Positions 1 through 11,996 of a stretch of DNA of 64,000 bases are shown one piece after another. The first letter of the stretch is position 1, and each line of letters starts with the position of its first letter. Position numbers and translations under genes: made by a program. This DNA comes from Lama guanicoe (taxonomy: Eukaryota), in the NCBI GenBank assembly GCA_013239625.1, contig MU053557.1:875063-939062 (forward strand), written 5' to 3'. The notes beneath the pieces are model-generated. The model was not told the origin of the DNA and made no database searches. It saw nothing but the letters and a program-made list of their open reading frames with translations.

Positions 1-764
1 TACAGTGGCTAAAAATTCAGTCATTAAGTCAGTAAATAAACTCATGAGAAGATGTCAAACAGGCTTTAAGAGTGTCCTCAAACCAGGATTGAGTGGATCA
101 GTCACCTCCAGGACGTAATTGTGACATTTATCTTCTGTGTTCTTATTCTCTTTTCCCTTTCCTTTTTTCCTTTGGTGTTTGTTCCTTTTGTTCCAAGGCA
201 GTTGGTGCCTTCATGAGCTCCCTACTACCCCGACCCCCAACAATTACTGCTCAATTTCTCCCTCCATCTTCTCCCACTGGATCCCACCTAGACCTACCCT
301 ATACTTCTACTATAATCCTTATTTTTATTAAAACATGAGCCTCCTTATTCCATCCCCAGCTTACCTGGTTTATTGTATCATGAACAGCCTCAGGCATGCA
401 GAAGGTGCTCAAATTCTGCTTCTTGAATAAATATAGTCATAGCTTAATATGTGACCTCTACCAAAGACCACATGTATTTTGTGAAGACTTCTTAGAAACA
501 TGCCTCGGCATGATCTAAAGGTGGCGCTTTCAAGGTCCTTTATGATATCAGGAAGAGATGTATTTATAAAGCCGAACCCTTGATGAAGTTCTTCATTTGC
601 TCAATCAGTTCCTTTGGGCAGAGATTCTGAAATGCATAGTGAGATTGAAGGTCATCTTCTGCATATCTATTCAGAATCTGGCCCAGGTGTTATATTAATA
701 ATTTTCCTTTCATTAACACAGTCCCCACATGAATACTTCTAAGGCTGACCTCCTTGAATCGAGA

Positions 765-905
765 GACAGGATGGCGTGTGGAAAGTGAAGCAGATGTGAG
801 ACACAAGTGTCTTCTTCACCTCCTGGCTCTGCCCCTTACCAGCAGTGTGATGCTGGGCGAGTCTCCCCATCTCTCCCAGCTGTGATTTTCTCCTTGTGAA
901 ATGAC
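765..905 (+). mobile_element. MIR SINE fragment
   Basis: Core-like tcctggctctgccccttaccagcagtgtgatgctgggcgagtc...ttttctccttgtgaaatg. Confidence 0.65.
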
Positions 906-1109
906 TCCTTCAGCTGACCTCCCCTACTGTGGAGCCGCTGGGTGTGCATCTTCTTTACAGACTCTGAAGTGTAGACAAAGACTTAAAAGGCCTGTTGAAT
1001 TCTAGCATTTGGATTTTCACTCTAAGTCTCAGATTATTGGCTTTCTGCTACCCACGTTTCAACTGATCGGTCGATCTGTAGTAGTCATTAGTGGTAGAAT
1101 TGTGCCAAT

Positions 1110-1760
1110 TTACTTACTCATGTGATAGTTGAGTGCCTACTGTGTGCCAGGTAGTACACTAAGTGCCATGTACAGATGGTGAAGATAAAGCCATATGATC
1201 TTTTGTCTTCAGAAATTTAGAGAAGGAAGAAGATATTAAATAAACATGTAAATAGCTATATAATTATAAATTTATACTTAAAAGTATATGAGGTGCTGTG
1301 GAGTAAAAACTGTAAGGTCTGTGAGAGAGAAAAGATGGAGAGTGAAAGCTTGATGTTGAAGGAAGGAGTCTCAGGAAAGCCAAGTCAAGAACGGCAGAAG
1401 GATGCAGAGGGGATGGCATAGAGCAGGCACCATAAATTTAGAAAACTTAAAGAAAACCAGCGTGGCTGTGAGTGAGGCTGGTGGTGAAAGTGCTTTGACG
1501 GGGTCATATGGTGGATGGAAGGATGTGATAGGGGTTTGATCACGCAGAGCCTTACGACCCGTGGTTAAGGTGCTCAGTCTCACTGTAAGTTCAGTGCAAG
1601 CCACTAAAGGGTACTGAAGCATGAGACTGGCAGGACGACTAGATTTATGTTTTTTCAAAGAAACCTCCACTTTCTCTGGATGCTGTGTGGACAGGTTCGA
1701 GGTGAACCTATGTGGGAACAGGTGGACTGAACGAGACCTTGTTGCAGGAGAGAGGGATGA
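1110..1760 (-). mobile_element. L2 LINE 3' fragment
   Basis: Antisense L2 tail ttgagtgcctactgtgtgccagg followed by purine-rich L2 3' region (gccactaaagggtactgaagc, agatttatgtttt). Confidence 0.75.
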
Positions 1761-1761
1761 T

Positions 1762-2185
1762 TGTGGTCGTCCTCAGTGCTATTTACCACCTACTTCTGGC
1801 TCTCTTTTTTTTTTTTTTCCTGAGAACACAGTGAGAGTTCATTCCTCAACTCCTTTTAAAGTTAGGATGTAAACTTTTAAAAACTTACATTGGTCAATGA
1901 AACTGAAAAGTAACTTGTTTCACTTCCTTTGACAGAAAATTTAAGAGCAAACGTGTGATTTTCTGTTTTCCCTTTCTCCTTGATGTTCCTGGAAACGCAT
2001 ATCCGAGGAGAGGAGCTTCCATCAGTGTGGACCCCCGTGTGACTGATTCATAGAGCCCCTCTGCTGAGTAACACTGGGTATAGTGTGAGGGAAGTGTACC
2101 TCTTTGTTGTGTGTGGGACCACTGAGAGTTGGGGGTTGTTTGTTACTGCAGCAGAAAGTGTCTTGACCGGTCCTATGCTTACACA
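1762..2185 (+). mobile_element. MaLR solo LTR (old MLT1, MLT1H/I/J-like)
   Basis: TG...CA ends; 3' motif ccactgagagttgggggttgtttgttactgcagca; internal gcttccatcagtgtggaccc. Confidence 0.75.
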
Positions 2186-2661
2186 TAAGCACACTGATGA
2201 ATTTTCAAATAAACTTGCCATTTTTACAAGTATGTTGACACTATAATGAATGACCCTTTTGAATTCTTTTGGTAGAATTATAGCTCATCTTTGTTGTATT
2301 TCTTTTATATTCTGATTCAGATCAATATTCTTGCAACATTAGTTAGCGAAATGCATCAATGTCCTAGTCTTTTAAGGAGGACATTTTCAAAACTTTCATA
2401 ATTGTTTTAGTTACCTCCTTTTACCCATTATCGTTTGTATATCACTCAAAACAGAGATGGAGTTGAACAACAGAACATATGGGAGGTTTGAATCATGTTC
2501 TCTAATTTGTTTTTTTAAATGGTGAATTTGAATGTTTGTCTCTGTTAAGTATTGTTAAATCTGTTCTTATAAGAAGCGTTTCGATTCCTGTCATTCCCAC
2601 TCAACCTGGGCAACACATATAATTCGGGGGATTCAGATATCTGTTATTAGTCTCATGTGCC

Positions 2662-2800
2662 TATTCTATGTGTGTGTACATATGCATATACACAAACATA
2701 AATACATATACACACACACATTTATGTATGTATATGTCTGTGTATATATAAAGTATATCTATATATAAAATATATAGATGCATTTGGGTATGTATATATA
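2662..2800. repeat. Degenerate (TA)n/(CA)n/(TG)n compound microsatellite
   Basis: Alternating purine-pyrimidine tract seen directly. Confidence 0.9.
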
Positions 2801-3730
2801 AAAGCCAAACTGGTTCTTCCTTGCCACCTGCACGCCTGTTTCTCACCCACGTTCCCCCCATGCTATAGGAGAGAGCAGGCTGTGTGTTTAAAGCATCGAC
2901 CCATTCCCTAGCAGCCTGCGTTCTTGGGTCTAAATGGCTTGCAGGCTGCAGCAGGCACAGGAAGAGTTAACTGCCTGCTTTATTTTGTTGGGAGAGGCAG
3001 CTTTCATTTCACATTGATTTTCTGCATTCTCTGTGCCAATTTGCGACAGCTTGTTTCACAGCCCCACATTTGTTTAAAGCTCTCTAACAGACTGATTCTA
3101 TTTTTTTTCCCCATGATTTTTTTCTTAACTTAGGAGAACATGGCTTTGCACGTGGTCGGGAACCCAGATAAGCCTCTCTCTCTCTCTGGAGACTGTGATT
3201 GGCAGCTCCCCCTGTCGTGCAGATGTGCAGTGAGGAAGGCTAATTTTCCCATCGACTTTCTAGTTTCTATTACTATCTGTCATTTCACATTGGTGCTCAT
3301 TACAGCCATCTTCTTGCCAGATGGAAATCTGCCTACTCACTGGGTGTCTATTTTCTGCCACTCATGGATCATGACAATGTCAGACAATATGTCAGTAAAC
3401 TCCCTTCAATATCCTGTTTTTGCTCTGGATAGGTTGGTGGCATTATGTAAAATACTTGATGTTGGTAGGCAATTACCTTCATGTTGTATGTGAGCAAAGA
3501 AGAGGCAAGGCTGGGAAATCCAGTTTCCTTGAGAAAAGTCGCCCAGGGTAACAGAAGAGAAGGGCTGTATTGGCAACACAAACGAATCATTTTGCATCCA
3601 TCGTTGTTCTCTGAAAACTGAACGGGAGGGGCTGATGGCCCAAGAACAGGTAAAGTGCTGCGCTAACACTAGAAGTTCCTGTTCTTGAGGAGATGACAGC
3701 TCCCCGCTGGAAACCGGGCAGGGCTTAGAC

Positions 3731-3917
3731 CAGCAATTCTCAAAGTGCGGTCCTGGGCCAGAAGCATCCGCATCGCCTGGGAAGTCCTTAGAAATGCACG
3801 TTCTCAGGCCCCTCCAAGGTCCTACTGAATCAGAATATCTGGGGGCGGAGCCCAGAAATCCGTGTTTTATGAAGCCCGCGGGTGATTCTGATGTTTGCTG
3901 AAGCTTGAGAACCACAG
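3731..3917 (+). mobile_element. MER5A hAT-Charlie MITE, full length
   Basis: TIRs cagcaattctcaa / ttgagaaccacag; internal ttagaaatgca...cctactgaatcagaa...ggtgattctgatg. Confidence 0.92.
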
Positions 3918-4524
3918 ACATAAAGTGGGTGTGGGAGTGTTACTTAATTGGATTGAAAACCCAGAGAGTTGTTTCAAATATCTGTTTACTTTTTCATGGA
4001 CAGGATGGGGAGGGGATGTTTCTGTAGCTGATATATGGAACTAAATGACATGGAATGTAATCAAATAGCAAGTTTATTTTTGTTTTCCCAGCTTCGTCTA
4101 AGATTTATTTACTGAAAGAGGGTCTTCCCTGTGGAAAGCTCCCGGTCGCCCTCTCAGGCATGCTGAGGCAGTAAAAGTCTCATGGGCATTTTAATGGTTG
4201 AATGGGTCACCATGCCGTCCCCCCTGCACCGCAGCCCTGCTAGCTGCAGGGGGAACCTCACTCACACTCTCCCTGCTCAGTCCTTCCACTCCTTGCTTAC
4301 ATCCTTCCACTCTGGCAGTTCCCTTCCCAGTATCTCCCTGGGTGGTCCATTTGGGAAGAAATCAAGCAGTTCTAGGCTGGCTTTTTCTTCCTAACATGGT
4401 CCTAATCTGGACAATGGGAAACCCTCAAGCGTCTTTGCGTAACAGCTGGGGTCAAGTAGACTGACTGCAGTGCAGCAGCCACTCTCCAGGCTCTGCCACC
4501 TGAGATGTCCTTCAGCCTCTAGAT

Positions 4525-4727
4525 CAGGCACCGCTAAATTGTGGTCTGCGGGCCAGCCCTGGCCTGCTGCCTTTTTGTTGAAATAAAGTTTTATCAGAAC
4601 ACAGCCGTATCCATTTTATGTATAACCTATGGTTGCTTTTGCACTACTACGGGACTAGATTACATGGGTCACAAAGCCTAGAATACTTACAGTCTCGCTC
4701 TTTGCAGAAAGAGGTTGCCAATCCCTG
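4525..4727 (+). mobile_element. MER58A hAT MITE
   Basis: cagg...ccctg ends; aaataaagttttatcagaacacagcc; 8-bp TSD ctctagat / ttctaaat fitting the hAT NTCTAGAN target. Confidence 0.9.
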
Positions 4728-6466
4728 TTCTAAATTTCTGGGGGTAGGGGAAGGGGAGAAAGAGGGGAAGGAAACAGGAGGAGGACATGGGAAGTCAGAC
4801 CCCCGTCCACTTTGCCTCTCAAACTCCAGGGATTTTTTAAGTTCTCTAGGTGTTTTCCTTGAAGCTCTCCTACCTACCCCTCCCTTACCTTTAAGGAAAG
4901 GAGGTGGCCCCAAGACAGAAGCTTTATCCGAGAAATCCCTCTACAAGTCCTCTTTTTATTTTCCAGCTCCCAACACCATTGTTCCCTTGATGAAAGTGAG
5001 TCATAAAGCTGGTCTTAGCCACACCTTTTGAAAACACACTGTTTGATTCAGTACCTTATTTTGGTGTCAGATGCTTATCCCTGAGGTCCTTGGCCAAAAT
5101 GTATGATTTTACATCCAGTAACATTTGTGTTTCAATAGTTAAATAAAACTCAGATGACATACGTAGATCTTGATTTAGAAGAGATGTAGTGAGGTTATTT
5201 GTGGACTAAATTACAACTTAACTGATATTTCCGTGCAGGGTTGATAATTGGGGCTCAGAGGCTCAGTTTAAGAGCTAAGCACAGAGGTTTTCTGAGATTG
5301 TTTACTGATGAATTGCCCAAACAATACATCTTAGTCACTTCTCAGATCTACATCTGGTCTTCTGATCAAATCTAACATTGCAAATCAAAAAAACCCAACC
5401 ATTGCTCTGCCTTTCAAACAGGCTCAAGGTAGGTTTCATGTGGATCAATGATCCTCTGTGTCAGAGAAACATCAGCCTGCTTTCCAGTTTCTGAGAGGCA
5501 AACTGACTTCTAACATCTTCCAGTCAAGTACTCTATTATTTACGCACTTTTATTTTTAGCATTGTTGGATTCTCTTTACGGAAGTACTTGTCTTGCATTA
5601 TTCTGGAAATGATGGAGACGCAGACGAAACAGTCCATGAAAAGGAATCTACCCCCATACTAGTAGGGAGAACATGTCTCAGATTCCCCTTGAGATAATTC
5701 ACAGAAGTAAAAGGACCGTGTGAATGGAGCGTGTCACACGAGGCCTTGCAGCCCAGAGCTCACTCTGGCAAGTGGTTGCATCACTGGGGTAGGTGAGCTG
5801 GTTTCATGAAAAAGTAATCAAAATAGCTGAGCCATGGAACCATGGTTTTGATTATCTTGTACTCTTAATACCCAAATCCAAGAGCTACGTGGTGAACTTA
5901 CTGACGGGGTGTCCTGCCTGCGTGGAATTCCCGCAGCAAAACCCATCAACTGTATTTTGCTCACCTTTTCATTTTCTGGTAGTGACTAGGTGTTTTGCTA
6001 ATTTATAGCCTCACAAAAGATTAGGTAATGTGTTTACTGCTATTTTCCATATTTATATTGGAATAGAGGCAACATGTCAGATTGTAAAGAAAAGAGCTAC
6101 CTGCATCTGTTAGTACACTTTAAACATTTCTATTAAATCCTGTTTTTCCCCAGTCTTCTTATGTTTCTGTCTAGTCTGATTTATTTCAGCCTGACATGAT
6201 TTTGAGCTCATGCTAATCTCCAGAGTCAGAGTACCACGCAGATTGTTAGGAGGAAGCCAGCATTGTCTTTACTTCATGGCTAATTCCCCATTAAGTCCTT
6301 TCAGCATGAGCTCTAAAAATATTAGTTATCTTATACCTCGAGTGGTTTTTTTAAAATGTATTCACAAGTTTTGAAGCTTGACTAGATGTGAAAATGCTTA
6401 TTTCTATAAAAAGGCTTAGAGAAGTTAATACAAATAAGCTCCTGGTATGAATACTTTTGAATATAT

Positions 6467-6487
6467 CACACACACACACACACACAC
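6467..6487. repeat. (CA)n microsatellite
   Basis: Seen directly. Confidence 0.9.
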
Positions 6488-8330
6488 CCCGCATGCACAC
6501 ATTTATACAAATTCACCCCAGGGAGAGACTCCAGTACCGATTTCCCTGTTTTAGCTATGTATTGGTACTATTTTTTCCCCAGAATATTTTTATTTCTTCA
6601 AGATTCAGGAAAGGCCTGCAATACAAAAACCATGTATTTTTTTGCTTGTTTGTATAGTTCAGTAATTCCTTCTATTTATATCCTATACGCCATAACTTTT
6701 TCAAAAATCCTTGCTGAAATCATGAGATTCTCAGTTGGTCCCTGTGGTTTTAAAGTCCCCAATGAGCATCTCTCCTGTAGGTACCAGACAGAAACAGCAG
6801 CAAGTCTGCTAATGCAGGGGAGCGGGGCGCTGGTGTGTGTTCTCTGGAAGCAGTGCTGACCGAACTCCACGTGCGGAGCGTGCTGCCGGGCGCTGGGGGG
6901 CATCTAAAGATCAAAGCGATACCAGTTCTGTGCATATGGAGCCTTAGGGACACTCACGACCTGGATGTACTGTCTTATCAGAGTTATCTAACTTAGAAGA
7001 TGATTCACACAAAATTGTGTTGTGCCCTCAAGTGATCTAAGTCATTGCTATTTTCTCCATTCTCTTGAGTTAAAAGCAGCTCACTATTAACTGGAAGTTT
7101 TTTTCTCCTGAATTTTCTTTTGTGGTAGAATTTAATGTTAGTGCAAAATTAGAACATAATTTTTTTTTATAGACAGTATCTAGGTTTCTCTGGCTTTTGT
7201 AATTTGTTCTTACTGATTATGTCTAAAGAGAATTCATTTTCAGTGAGCGAAGGGGTCATGTTTTACCTTTTGGGGGGTTGCCATATTAATTACTAGGCTA
7301 CAGGGTTGAAGTGCAGTCATTTGAATAGATGATGAAAATATACAGACACTTTCCTCAGCTGGAAACCTTATTGAAATGTTGAAAATATGCTTCATTGATA
7401 ACCAGTCCAGTCCATGAATCTTCACTAGTCCGATTGATAAATCAGATGGACAAACAGCGTCTCATGCATAGAAATGAGTTTCCCGTGAATACAGCAGCAA
7501 TTATTACAACATTCTTACACTCATTTTGTGTTCTCATCCTCTGCCTTTCTTCGAGCACCAGCAATTTTACTGCATTTGCGTATTTTCTAAATTTCCACAC
7601 GAGGAAAGATGTCAGGTTGATTCTATCTCTGATAGCAGAGATGCGAACTAAGGAGTCTGGGGTGCTGGAACTTCTCCTTTGAGGGTTTGTAAATCTGAGT
7701 CTAAATCCTTTCCTGTCCCTTGTGCTGCTCCCATTTTCCCCATTCATAAAACCAGAGTCATAAAAGAGACCCAGCTGTGACCTCAGTGTCTCTTTACTTT
7801 TGGTATTTTTATTTTTTAAATACTGTGATTCTATTCTGCGCATGATACAATTTCACCCTTGGCTTTTAACAAGAAGAATTTCAGCTCCTGTTTCAAGCAG
7901 GGAAAGACAGTTTGGCTAAATCGAGATAGAATTCTTGAGGGGTAGGTGTGCCTGTGGTGAAGAAGGGAGAGCAGTTGTGTGTGTGTGGGAGGGGGGAGCT
8001 TCTTGAGAGATGCTTACACATTGGACTCAGTAGGTGTGATATCCTTACTGATTTGGAACAAGGAAGGGATCCAGAGCCTGAGAGGGAGGAAGGAGGTGAC
8101 CGGGGTAGAACTCTCTAGCAGCCCATCAGGTGGCATTCCAAAGCACAGTCCCGGTCTCAGTATGTCTTGTCCAGGACACAGCTGCAGGGAACCTCCCACC
8201 ACACGAACCCTTGTGTAGCACATCAGTGTGCTTGACTGGTTTTACTACAGGGAACAGAAATGTGGGGTGAACAGCAGTAGATTTTAATGATCTAATGAAT
8301 AGCAGCATTACACCAGCGGGAACCTTAGGA

Positions 8331-8830
8331 ATCATTCATGCAGCACCCTCTATGTGCCAGGCGCTGTTTTAGGTGCTGAGGATTCAGTGATGGGCAAGGC
8401 AGATAAGGTCCCCACCTATGTGGGTCTTACAGTCTAAAGGAAGGAGGCAAGCAATAAAAAAATAAATAAATATCAAGAAAATATTGGATATTGATAAATA
8501 CTATAAAGAAAATAAAACAAGATTATATAATAGTAATTGGGTGACGGCTTTGTTTTGAATGGTTGGAAAAGACCTCTCTGGGTGGAGGCATTTGATCTGA
8601 GAGCTGTGGAGGAGAAGGAGCCAGTGATGTGAAAATTTGAGGGGAGAGTTTTTCCAGGCAGAGGGAGCAACTGCTGCAAAGGCCATGAGCTGTGAAAAAA
8701 GCTTTACGTGTTTGGGAACAGAGAAGGGACCAGTGTGGTTCAGGCAGAGAGAGACAAGGGAAGACAGGTTGGCCAAAGTTCGGAACACTAGGTAGGGGCC
8801 TATCTTGAGATCTTGTAGACTGAGGTCAAG
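8331..8830 (-). mobile_element. L2 LINE 3' fragment (L2a-like)
   Basis: cattcatgcagcaccctctatgtgccaggcgctgttttaggtgctgaggat; ttccaggcagagggagcaactgctgcaaaggcc. Confidence 0.85.
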
Positions 8831-9559
8831 ATCTAGTGTGACTCCCTCCTCTTAAAGGCAAAGGAGTTCAAGCTCAAAGAGGCAGAATGACTTGACCAAG
8901 GGAGCTGGTGGCAGCCTGGACCCTGAGGGCTGCTCTGACCACTACACCTCACTCACCCTCCCGCCGAGGGTGGGGTTCACTTCAACTCTTACAAATTGCA
9001 CATTGATTTTCATGTCTTGATGGGGGGCTATTACACCAATCATGTGGAATTCTTAGCAGCAATATTGATAACAAACGAAGTGAGAGTGCGCGCAGAAGAG
9101 AGGGAAATACTGCCAAATAGCCTTGTCTCCTTCATTCCTCGGGGCGTAGGATCATACTTCTTATGTTTGACTGAAGCTCACATAGAACGGACAGACGGAA
9201 GCGCAGGCACACAAAGCATCCTGTGTGAGAAGAAGTAAAGTCATTCCAATCGTACTTCTCATTTGTTTCCTTAGAACTCAGACCTAGCTGGTGGACCCTG
9301 AAGAATCTCTAGCCATCTTGAGCCCACCACCAACATTAAAAAGTGGGGCTTCCTGGGAACTTTGCAGAGAGATGGATGTTTGCAATATTAGCATTACTTT
9401 GGGGCAGCAAAAATGTGACTAGCTCATCTTTACCATCTATCCATCCATTCAGATACTGACTCAGTCATGGACACTTACCAAGAAGGAACTTCTGTGCAGA
9501 ACATCTTGCTGAATTCTCCAGGAGTCCACAAAACAGAGCCATCACTGCCTAGAGTTACA

Positions 9560-9670
9560 TCTGTATCTTGCAGATGCGGACACAAGCTCAGTGAGGTGCA
9601 GTGAATTAACTCAAGTTAACACAGCTGATAGGTGACAGAACTGGGGTCTGGATCCAAGCGTATCCGACTC
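9560..9670 (-). mobile_element. MIR fragment
   Basis: ttgcagatgcggacacaagctcagtgagg...cacagctgataggtgacagaactggg. Confidence 0.7.
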
Positions 9671-9677
9671 CTCTGTT

Positions 9678-9785
9678 GTTCATTGCTCAAGTGTTTGTGG
9701 AGCACCTCTAGCCCAAGGATGATGTTAGTCCTGAGAGCAGAAGTGAGACACCAGACATGGTGGCCTCACAGAGCTTGTGGTCTGT
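9678..9785 (-). mobile_element. L2 3' tail fragment
   Basis: ttcattgctcaagtgtttgtggagcacct...cctcacagagcttgtggtct. Confidence 0.55.
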
Positions 9786-10224
9786 ACTGGACAGCCTTCA
9801 AGTGTCTCACAAGCAGCCCACAGAAAGGGAGACGAGAGGATGATCTTCTCATTCAGTTTTCGGAAGAGCCAAACTTTGGTCAGCTTGGCGCACAAGCCAG
9901 AATCTCCTGGCACGTGCAGTGCCCAAGGCTGTTACTCCACGTCTGCCAGTTGGATACTGGCACCATTCATTCTTCAGAGTGTTTGGAAGAGGCTTTGCTG
10001 CGCTGATTGATTATCTCACAATGGCATTTGTGGCAGGAAGATGGATACTTGGCCTCTGTTTTGCTGCCTCCCCTTAGGTGGCCAGGTAAAGAGTGGCGGT
10101 CATTTTTGCATGAACGTAAATGACAACTGTGGCCCTTCTGCAGCGTTTGTAGACCAAGTTTTATGTCCTGTGTTCAGTGAGGTCATCTTTCTGACTGCAG
10201 ATGGGTGGGAGAAGACTAGGGCTT

Positions 10225-10430
10225 CGTGATGAAGAAAAATAGAAGTCTTAAGAGTCAGATTGGTCTGGGTTCAAAGTCCGAGTCTACTAATAACTAGCTA
10301 CAAATTACTTAATGTTCCTTGACCTCAATTTTCTCAGCTTTTTATTAGGAATTACAAGCATACCTACTGCAAAAGGTTGTTTTGAAGAGTTCATGAGATA
10401 ATCCCTTGAGAGGGTTTAGCTGAGTGGTGT
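10225..10430 (+). mobile_element. MIR SINE
   Basis: gagtcagattggtctgggttcaaag...cctcaattttctcagc...ggttgttttgaagagttcatgagataat. Confidence 0.75.
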
Positions 10431-10945
10431 AACTAAGTTGTTACAGGTTAGTGGCATAATTTTGGTGTTCACATTTTACCAATTACTCATTTTTGCTTTG
10501 CTAAGGGAACTACAGCTCCAAGTATTAATGGAAAACAAAATATAAAATTTAATTTTTAAAATCACCTGGTATGTTTATTTTCTATTCCTGCAGTGGCAAA
10601 TTACCATCAGTGCAGTGGCTTAAAACAAAGCAAATATATTCTATTACAGTTCTGGAGGTCAGAGTCTGACAGAGTCTTAAGGGGTTAAAATCAAGGTCCA
10701 TTCTGGAGGCTTCAGGGGAGGCCTTCCTTGCCTCTTCCAGCTTTGGGGGCTGCCAGCATTCCTTGGCTTGTGGCTCGATCACTCTCATCTCTGCCTTTGT
10801 GATCAAATAGCCTTCTCCTCTCTGAGCTCTGACCCTCCTGTCTTCCTTTTTTATGGACTTTTATGATTACGCTGGGCACACCTGCATAACCCAGGAAAAT
10901 CTGCCCATCTCAATATCCTTATTCACATCTGAAGTCTTTACAGCA

Positions 10946-11421
10946 TACTATGGGTTAAATTCTGTCTCTTAAAAAGATGCGTTGAAGTTCTAATCCCTGG
11001 TACCACTGAATGTGACCTTATTTGGAAATAAGGTCTTTACAAGTTAAAATGAGGTCATGCTGGATAAGGGTGGACCCTAACCCAGTGACTGTTGCCTTTG
11101 TATGACAAGGAGGTTTTGGACACAGACACCGAGAACAGAACACCATGTGAAGACACAGAGACTGAAATGACATGCAGGGAGAACACCCTGTGACAGCGGA
11201 GGCAGAGATTGGAGTGATGTGTCTACGTGCCAAGGAAGGCCAAGGGCTGTATCGTCAGCAACCTCTGCAAGCCAAGAGAGGAGCACAGAAAAGACTGTCT
11301 CTCTAAGCCTCTGAAAAGAAACCACTCCACTGACACCTTGGTTTTTCGCTTCTGGCCTCCAGAACTGGGAGAATAAGTTCCATGTTTCTGGTCACCTGTT
11401 ACAGGAGCCCTAGGAAGGAAG
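10946..11421 (+). mobile_element. MLT1C-like MaLR LTR nested in MLT1D
   Basis: tactatgggttaaattctgtc start; gaatgtgaccttatttggaaataaggtcttt; ggcagagattggagtgatg; cttctggcctccagaactg. Confidence 0.88.
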
Positions 11422-11472
11422 GTGTAAGGTGACATATTCATAGATTCTGGGAATTAGGACATAGACATCTTT

Positions 11473-11996
11473 TTTTTTCATTGAAGTGTCGTCAGTTTAC
11501 AATGTTGGGTCAGTTTTTGGTGTGCAGCACAATGCTTCAGTCATACATACACATACATATATTTATTTTCGTATTCTTTTTGATTTTAGATCACTACAAG
11601 ATATTGAATGTAGCTCCCTGTGCTATACAGTATAAACTTGTTGTTTATCTGCTTTACATATAGTGGCCAGTATCTGCAAATCTCAAACTCCTAGTTTATC
11701 CCTTCCCACCTCCTTTCCCCCCGAACCATAAGTTTGTTTTCTATATCTGAGTCTGTTTCTGTTTTGTAAATAAATTCATTTGCGTCTTTTTTTTTTTTTT
11801 TAGATTTCACATATAGGTGGTATCATAAGGTATTTTTCTTTCTTTCTGGCTTACTTCACTTAGAATGACAATCTCCAGGTTCATCCATGTTGCTGCAAAT
11901 GGCATTATTTTATTTTTTTATGGCTGAGCAAAATTCCATTGTATAAATATACAACAGCTTCTTTATCCAGTCATCTGGTTTTTTTTTTTTCTCTAA
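11473..11996 (-). mobile_element. Young 5'-truncated L1 (ORF2 end plus 3'UTR), camelid-like
   Basis: Poly-T then cattgaagtgtcgtcagtttacaatg; ttcatccatgttgctgcaaatggc; perfect 18-bp TSD taggacatagacatcttt at 11455-11472 and 11997-12014. Confidence 0.93.

Noticed and set aside
3406..3921. Longest ORF (171 aa, minus strand)
   Set aside because: Its N-terminal third is the antisense of MER5A; no recognisable domain.
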